From Chthoniobacterales bacterium (lineage in GTDB: Bacteria; Verrucomicrobiota; Verrucomicrobiia; Chthoniobacterales; Chthoniobacteraceae): a stretch of 64,000 nt of DNA. Below, piece after piece: positions 58,409 through 64,000 of this stretch. Where the stretch lies: contig JBBQZX010000013.1 in assembly GCA_038207335.1 (NCBI GenBank), positions 1-64,000 on the forward strand, written 5' to 3'. Position numbers and translations under genes: made by a program. The notes below the pieces were generated by a model. That model worked only from the letters and a program-made list of their open reading frames with translations. It did not search any database and was not told where the DNA came from. How positions within the stretch are numbered: position 1 is the first letter of the stretch; each line of letters opens with the position of its first letter.

Positions 58409-58873
58409 ATGAGCGCAACCGATCCGACTCCGAAATTCTCGCATCTCGATGAAACGGGAGGCGCTCGAATGGTCGATGTCGGGCACAAGCCGGAGCAGCG
58501 GCGGACGGCGGGTGCGGAGGGTGAGGTGCGGTGCCGCGCGGAGACGATCGCACTTTTGCGCGAGCAGGCGCTGCCGAAAGGCGACGTGCTGACGGTGGCG
58601 AAGATCGCCGCAATCCAAGCTGCGAAGCGGACGGACGAGTTGATCCCGCTCTGCCATTCGCTGCCGCTGAACGCGGTCGAAGTCACATTTTCGATCGAAC
58701 CGGAGGCGGTCCGCATTTTCTCCGAAGTGACGACGACGGCGAAAACCGGCGTGGAAATGGAGGCACTTACGGCGGTGAGCGTGGCGGCGCTGACGATCTA
58801 CGACATGTGCAAGGCGGTGGACAAAACGATGACGATCGGCGGCATCCGCGTGACGGAGAAACGCAAGGAATGA
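58409..58873 (+). CDS. moaC: Cyclic pyranopterin monophosphate synthase
   Basis: [25 protein letters not shown] and IYDMCKAVD. Confidence 0.96.
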   Translation: MSATDPTPKFSHLDETGGARMVDVGHKPEQRRTAGAEGEVRCRAETIALLREQALPKGDVLTVAKIAAIQAAKRTDELIPLCHSLPLNAVEVTFSIEPEAVRIFSEVTTTAKTGVEMEALTAVSVAALTIYDMCKAVDKTMTIGGIRVTEKRKE

Positions 58874-59340
58874 AGGCGGCGCGCATCACGCTGAGCGACC
58901 GGGCGAGTGCAGGGATTTACGAGGACCGGAGCGGGCCGGAGATCGAGCGCGTGTTCGCGGAATGCTGTGTTGAAGCGGTTTCGTGGGCGGTCGTGCTGAT
59001 CCCCGACGAGCGCGCGCGCATCGAGGCGGAGCTGCGCCGACTCGCCGATGTGGAGCACTGCGACCTCATCGTGACGACTGGCGGAACCGGCCCCGCGCCG
59101 CGCGATGTGACGCCGGAGGCGACGCGCGCGGTTCTGGAACGTGAGCTGCCGGGCTTCGGTGAAATCATGCGCTCGCAGTCCTTTGCCAAAGTTCCGACGG
59201 CGATCCTCTCGCGCGCAACAGCGGGCACGCGCGGGCGGACGCTGATCGTGAACCTGCCGGGAAATCCGCGCGCCATCGGTGAGTGCCTGCCGCTGGTGAT
59301 GCCCGCGATCCTGGAGGCGCTGCGGCATTTGGGGGAGTAG
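58870..59340 (+). CDS. mog: Molybdopterin adenylyltransferase
   Basis: [36 protein letters not shown] and NLPG. ATGA overlap with moaC. Confidence 0.92.
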   Translation: MKAARITLSDRASAGIYEDRSGPEIERVFAECCVEAVSWAVVLIPDERARIEAELRRLADVEHCDLIVTTGGTGPAPRDVTPEATRAVLERELPGFGEIMRSQSFAKVPTAILSRATAGTRGRTLIVNLPGNPRAIGECLPLVMPAILEALRHLGE

Positions 59341-59380
59341 CGGACCCGCCGGAACGCCGTTCCCACCGCCGGTTTCGGCA

Positions 59381-60406
59381 TCACCGCCGCGGGGGTTGGA
59401 TCAGGAGTTCGTCCAGAGTCCGCTCGATGTAGCGGTCGTTTGGCTGTCCCTCGACCTGGCGCTTGAGAAGGTAGGCTTGGCCGGATTCCGCGCCCGGTTT
59501 CCACTCGAAAGTCATGTCGCTTCGCAGATCCATTCGACCTTTCGTCTCGATGTCCCAATAGTCGCGCAGCCCTCGCACCGCGTAGAGCACCGTCGCCAGG
59601 TCCGCGACGTGCCGGCTTTTCTGCGCGCCGAAATAGTGGAAATACGCCATCCGCACCGGGTTCCCCGGCGGCGTCCTGGAGAGGCTTGCTCCGATTTGCA
59701 GGCCGCTCGGCACGGAGCCAATCTCACGTCCGACGAAGATCACCGAACCCGGCCAGTCGCGTATCGTCTCGTAGGCGGCTGGCGCTTCGCGCTGAAAGTT
59801 CACGTTGCCGAGTTTCAAATCGTCCTTCGGCGGACTGCCGATGAAATTGCCGCCCATGCAGACCCATTGCCTGGCCTTTTGCCGAATCAGTTCGCGCCCG
59901 GCGGGGTGCCTGCCGTCTGACGGCAGGCGCAGGAGATTCCGCAGGTTCGTCAGGTAGCCGACGGTGACGATGACGACCGACCGATCCGGCTGCTTTTCCA
60001 GCACATCGCGGTAGATCAATGTGGCATCCGGCACCTCGGCTCCCGCTTTGAAATCATTCGAAAAGTCCTCGCCGATGCGCTGGCTGAACTTCGATTTTTC
60101 CAATACACCGCCGTGCTTCACCATGCCTACGGGCAGGTCCGGCCGCCCGTAGTATGTATTGATCGCGTCCACCGCAGCCGCCGACCATGGATCGTCCGAA
60201 CTGGCGACCGTTGCGAGGATTTCGCACTCGCCATCGTCCGCCAAAGCATGGAGGACAGCCAGCGCGCCAGCATCGTCGCAGTCCGTCATCATATCCGTGT
60301 CAAAAAAGATTTTGACCGGTGCCGCCGTCACGACGCCGAGCGACAGCGCGAGCGCACCGATCACCGTTGCCATTCGAAATCCGCGGTTCGTCGCTGATTC
60401 AAACAT
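59381..60406 (-). CDS. Nucleoside hydrolase-family protein, probably exported
   Basis: DTDMMTDCDDAGAL aspartate cluster, VGYLTNL, CMGG and HVAD; signal-like N-terminus. Start is 60406 or 60373. Confidence 0.8.
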   Translation of the reverse strand: MFESATNRGFRMATVIGALALSLGVVTAAPVKIFFDTDMMTDCDDAGALAVLHALADDGECEILATVASSDDPWSAAAVDAINTYYGRPDLPVGMVKHGGVLEKSKFSQRIGEDFSNDFKAGAEVPDATLIYRDVLEKQPDRSVVIVTVGYLTNLRNLLRLPSDGRHPAGRELIRQKARQWVCMGGNFIGSPPKDDLKLGNVNFQREAPAAYETIRDWPGSVIFVGREIGSVPSGLQIGASLSRTPPGNPVRMAYFHYFGAQKSRHVADLATVLYAVRGLRDYWDIETKGRMDLRSDMTFEWKPGAESGQAYLLKRQVEGQPNDRYIERTLDELLIQPPRR

Positions 60407-60424
60407 TTCGGGGTGGCAGCGCGA

Positions 60425-61438
60425 TCAACCGCCGAGAAGCGACATTTCCGCTTTTGGGGCGGCGGAGGTTTGGGAGGAGCGGAGTTCGGAGTAGCGGTCG
60501 CTGCGCTCGATCCATGTGCCCGCGATGATCGCCGTGAGTTGGGCTTCTGTGGCGCCGTCGCGGAGCGGTGCGCGGAGGTCGCGGCCTTCGCTGGCGAAAA
60601 GGCAGGTGTAAAGTCGGCCGTCGGCGGAAAGACGGGCGCGGGTACAGTCGCCGCAAAAGGGCTGCGTGACCGAGGAGATCACCCCGATCTCACCGCCGCC
60701 GTCGCGATGCCGGAAGCGCCGGGCCACCTCGCCGCGATAGCTCGCTGGCATGGCATCCAGCGGCATCTCCGCCGAGATGCGGTCGATGATCTCCGCCGCG
60801 GAAACGACGTCGTCGAGGCGCCAACCATTGGTCGAGCCGACGTCCATATATTCGATGAACCGTAGGACAAAATCTGTGCCGGAGAAGCGTCTCGCCATCG
60901 GGACGATGTCGCCGTCGTTCACGCCGCGCTGCACGACCATGTTGATCTTGATCGGAGAAAATCCGGCGGCGAGCGCGGCGTCGATGCCTCGCAGTACGCG
61001 GGCGACTGGGAACTTCACGTCGTTCATTTTTGCGAACCGCGTCTCGTCGAGGGAATCGAGGCTGACTGTGAGGCGCTGCAACCCGGCGTCGTGGAGAGAG
61101 AGCGCTTTATCCGCGAGCAGCGAGCCATTCGTGGTGAGCGTGAGGTCGCGGACGCCGTCGATGCTGGCGAGCATTTCGATGAGGCGCTCGAGGTCCTTTC
61201 GAAGCAAAGGCTCGCCGCCGGTGACGCGCAGCTTTTCCGCGCCGAGGCCGACGAAGATTCGGGCAAGGCGCGCGATTTCCTCGAAGCTGAGGATTTCGCC
61301 GCGAGGCAGAAACGCGTAATCGCGGCCGAAGATTTCCTTCGGCATGCAATACGTGCAGCGGAAGTTGCAGCGATCGGTGACGGAAAGGCGCAGGTCGCGC
61401 AACGGGCGTCCGAGGCTGTCTGGCAAAGGATGCGGCAC
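60425..61438 (-). CDS. moaA: GTP 3',8-cyclase
   Basis: [37 protein letters not shown]...LYTCLF and C-terminal GG. Confidence 0.96.
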   Translation of the reverse strand: MPHPLPDSLGRPLRDLRLSVTDRCNFRCTYCMPKEIFGRDYAFLPRGEILSFEEIARLARIFVGLGAEKLRVTGGEPLLRKDLERLIEMLASIDGVRDLTLTTNGSLLADKALSLHDAGLQRLTVSLDSLDETRFAKMNDVKFPVARVLRGIDAALAAGFSPIKINMVVQRGVNDGDIVPMARRFSGTDFVLRFIEYMDVGSTNGWRLDDVVSAAEIIDRISAEMPLDAMPASYRGEVARRFRHRDGGGEIGVISSVTQPFCGDCTRARLSADGRLYTCLFASEGRDLRAPLRDGATEAQLTAIIAGTWIERSDRYSELRSSQTSAAPKAEMSLLGG

Positions 61439-61512
61439 GGGGCGGAGAGATACGACGGGATGAGGTGCGGCGCAAGCGCAGCAGCGTGCGACTGGGTGAA
61501 GCAGAGGAGCTC

Positions 61513-63798
61513 CTACTTCTTCTTTTGCAGCGCCTGGCTGAACCAGTCGTTGCCGGCGGGAGTAGGCGCGGGTTTAACGGCGAATCGGGAAGCGTCACGG
61601 GGAGTGGCTTTGGATTTCCTATCGGTGGGCGCGACGAGCTCCGGTTTGCTCTTCATAGAAAGCGCGATGCGTTTTCTCGGCAGGTCGATCTCGACCACCG
61701 TGACCGTCACGCGCTGCGAGACTTTCACGACATCCGCGGCGGTTTTGACGAACGAATCGGAAAGCTGGCTAACGTGGACGAGGCCGTCCTGATGCACACC
61801 GATGTCCACGAACGCGCCGAATGCGGTGACGTTCGTGACGAGGCCGGGGAGCTTCATGCCGGGCTGGAGGTCTTCCATTTTCGAGACGGCGTCGTTGAAT
61901 GCGAATGCCTCGAATTGCTTTCGCGGGTCGCGGCCAGGCTTTGCGAGCTCGGCGACGATGTCTTTTAAAGTGGGCAGCCCGACATCGGTCGTGACGTATT
62001 TTTGCGCGTTGATTTTCGCGCGTCGCGCGGAGTCTCGGAGAAGGTCGAGCACGGTGCAGCCGAGGTCGGCGGCGATGCGATCGACGAGTTCGTAGCGCTC
62101 CGGATGCACCGCGCTGGCATCGAGCGGATGTGCGCTGCCTCGGATGCGGAGGAAACCCGCGGCTTGCTCGAAAGCCTTCGGACCGAGCCCGGCGACGGTG
62201 AGCAATTCTGCACGGGATTTGAACGGGCCGTGTTCGTCGCGGTGCGCGACGATGTTTCCGGCGGTGCGCGCGTTCAGGCCGGAGACGTAGCTCAGGAGCT
62301 GTTTGGAGGCTGTGTTGAGTTCGACGCCGACGCCATTGACGCAGCTCATCACGACGTCGTCGAGCGAGCGCTTGAGCGCGTTTTGATCGACGTCATGCTG
62401 GTATTGGCCGACGCCGATCGACTTGGGATCGAGCTTCACGAGTTCCGCAAGCGGGTCCATGAGACGGCGTCCGATTGAGACCGCGCCGCGAACAGTGAGG
62501 TCGTGATTCGGGAATTCCTCGCGCGCGACTTCGCTCGCGGAATAGATCGATGCGCCGCTCTCATTGACGGAGACGATGGGGATGGACGCCGGCAGTCCAA
62601 GGCGGCGGATGAAGGTCTCGGTTTCGCGCCCGCCGGTGCCGTTGCCGATGGCGATGGCCTCGATCTCGAATTTCTTCACGACGGCTTTGATGACCTCCGC
62701 GGCCTCGGTCGCGCGACGGTCGCCCTGTTCGGGAAAGATGACGTCGTTGCCGAGCAGTTTTCCCTGCCGGTCGAGCACGACGACTTTGCAGCCGGTGCGA
62801 AATCCGGGGTCGATCGCGAGCATGTTTTTCTGGCCGAGCGGCGAGGCGAGGAGGAGTTCGCGGAGGTTGTCGGCGAAGACGCGGATGGCTTCTTCATCGG
62901 CGCGTTTTTTGACGGTGATGCGCGCTTCGCCTTCCATCGCGAAGCCGAGCAGGCGCTTAAAACTGTCTTGAGCGGCGAGGCGGACCTGCTCGGCGGCGGC
63001 GGATTTGTTTTTGACGAATGCGTGCTCGATCAAGGCCAGCGCATGTTCTTCGGGCGGCGTGAGGCGGGAGAAGAGCACTCCTTCGTTTTCTCCGCGGCGG
63101 ATGGCGAGGACTCGGTGTGATGGTGCGGCGGAGGCGGGTTCACTCCAGTCGAAGTAGTCTTTGAACTTCGCGCCTTCCTCTTCCTTCCCGCTGACGACTT
63201 TGGATTTGATGACGCCGTCGGCGAGGTAGAGCGCGCGCATTTTCGCGCGGACCGCGGCGTCGTCGCTGATGCGCTCGGCGAGGATGTCGCGCGCTCCGGC
63301 GAGTGCTTCGGAGTGGTCCTTGATCGTGGCTTTCCCATCATCGACGGCGAACTCGCGGCCCGCGTATTCCTGCGCGGCGGCGACTGGATTGGCGGCGGAA
63401 TCTTGCGCCCACAAAAGCTCTGCAAGGGGCTCGAGGCCTTTCTCTTTTGCGATGATTGCGCGGGTGCGTTTTTTCGGACGGAATGGGAGATAGATGTCTT
63501 CCAGCGCGGTGATCGTTTCCGCGGAGTCGATGCGCCCCTTGAGAGAATCAGTCATCAGTTTGCGTTCGTTCAGCGAGGTGACGATCGCGTCGCGTCGCTT
63601 GTCGAGTTCGCCGAGTTGCTCGAGTCGGTCGCGGATTGCAGTGATCTGGACTTCGTCGAGTTCGCCGGTCTTTTCTTTGCGATACCGCGCGATGAACGGG
63701 ACGGTCGCGCCTTCCTCGATCAGGAGCGCAGTGGCCGCGACTTGGCGTGGCTGGAGGTTGAGTTCTCGGGTGATTTTGAGGACGTGATTTTCGAGCAT
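61513..63798 (-). CDS. tex: Tex-family RNA-binding transcriptional accessory protein
   Basis: [37 protein letters not shown] and a C-terminal S1 domain ([20 protein letters not shown]). Confidence 0.95.
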   Translation of the reverse strand: MLENHVLKITRELNLQPRQVAATALLIEEGATVPFIARYRKEKTGELDEVQITAIRDRLEQLGELDKRRDAIVTSLNERKLMTDSLKGRIDSAETITALEDIYLPFRPKKRTRAIIAKEKGLEPLAELLWAQDSAANPVAAAQEYAGREFAVDDGKATIKDHSEALAGARDILAERISDDAAVRAKMRALYLADGVIKSKVVSGKEEEGAKFKDYFDWSEPASAAPSHRVLAIRRGENEGVLFSRLTPPEEHALALIEHAFVKNKSAAAEQVRLAAQDSFKRLLGFAMEGEARITVKKRADEEAIRVFADNLRELLLASPLGQKNMLAIDPGFRTGCKVVVLDRQGKLLGNDVIFPEQGDRRATEAAEVIKAVVKKFEIEAIAIGNGTGGRETETFIRRLGLPASIPIVSVNESGASIYSASEVAREEFPNHDLTVRGAVSIGRRLMDPLAELVKLDPKSIGVGQYQHDVDQNALKRSLDDVVMSCVNGVGVELNTASKQLLSYVSGLNARTAGNIVAHRDEHGPFKSRAELLTVAGLGPKAFEQAAGFLRIRGSAHPLDASAVHPERYELVDRIAADLGCTVLDLLRDSARRAKINAQKYVTTDVGLPTLKDIVAELAKPGRDPRKQFEAFAFNDAVSKMEDLQPGMKLPGLVTNVTAFGAFVDIGVHQDGLVHVSQLSDSFVKTAADVVKVSQRVTVTVVEIDLPRKRIALSMKSKPELVAPTDRKSKATPRDASRFAVKPAPTPAGNDWFSQALQKKK

Positions 63799-64000
63799 GG
63801 CAGCGGAAGAGCGCGGGATGATGCGGGGCGTTTTCGGTGTGTCAATTTCGCACCGGAATGGGAGAGATATTTTACGGCGAAGGCGCTCATGCGAGAAGAG
63901 GATGGGAGGAGAAGTTGGAGGGTCGCGCAGTGTTCACAATGCTGGTAGGGAGTGCGCGATGCCTCGATTTTTTCTGCCGCCTCGTGAGTGGAATGATGAG

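Overview
GC-rich bacterial chromosomal DNA. Gene families, protein C-terminal motifs and the near absence of Shine-Dalgarno sites suggest Verrucomicrobiota, probably Chthoniobacterales-like (inference). The left third covers carbohydrate and peptide use: a fucose-isomerase-like 3' end, a DapA-family aldolase, an IS481 relic, a deleted GH81 glucanase, a PL9 lyase, a CstA that appears fused to a YbdD/YjiX-like tail, a TIM-barrel epimerase, two paralogous secreted serine hydrolases flanking a two-gene insert, TerC, Tm-1-like/cupin, RlmN, a frameshifted lamin-tail/CotH giant protein and a sulfatase. The middle holds an HxlR-DinB-MATE module and then the most striking locus (about 30-48 kb). That locus has three paralogous receptor-type Ser/Thr kinases with kinase / degenerate second kinase fold / TM / FGE-sulfatase-like architecture. 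It also has an FHA-class III nucleotide cyclase, an FHA-ABC transporter, lipoproteins and two predicted metalloproteases. It is followed by an inverted 21-bp-period repeat array and an alpha-2-macroglobulin/pbpC pair. The right end holds molybdenum-cofactor genes (moaE, moaD, moeA, moaC, mog, moaA) with a candidate structured RNA between moaD and moeA, a nucleoside hydrolase-family gene and tex. I saw no rRNA, tRNA, CRISPR array, integrase or reverse transcriptase. All calls come from motif recognition by eye; no searches were run.
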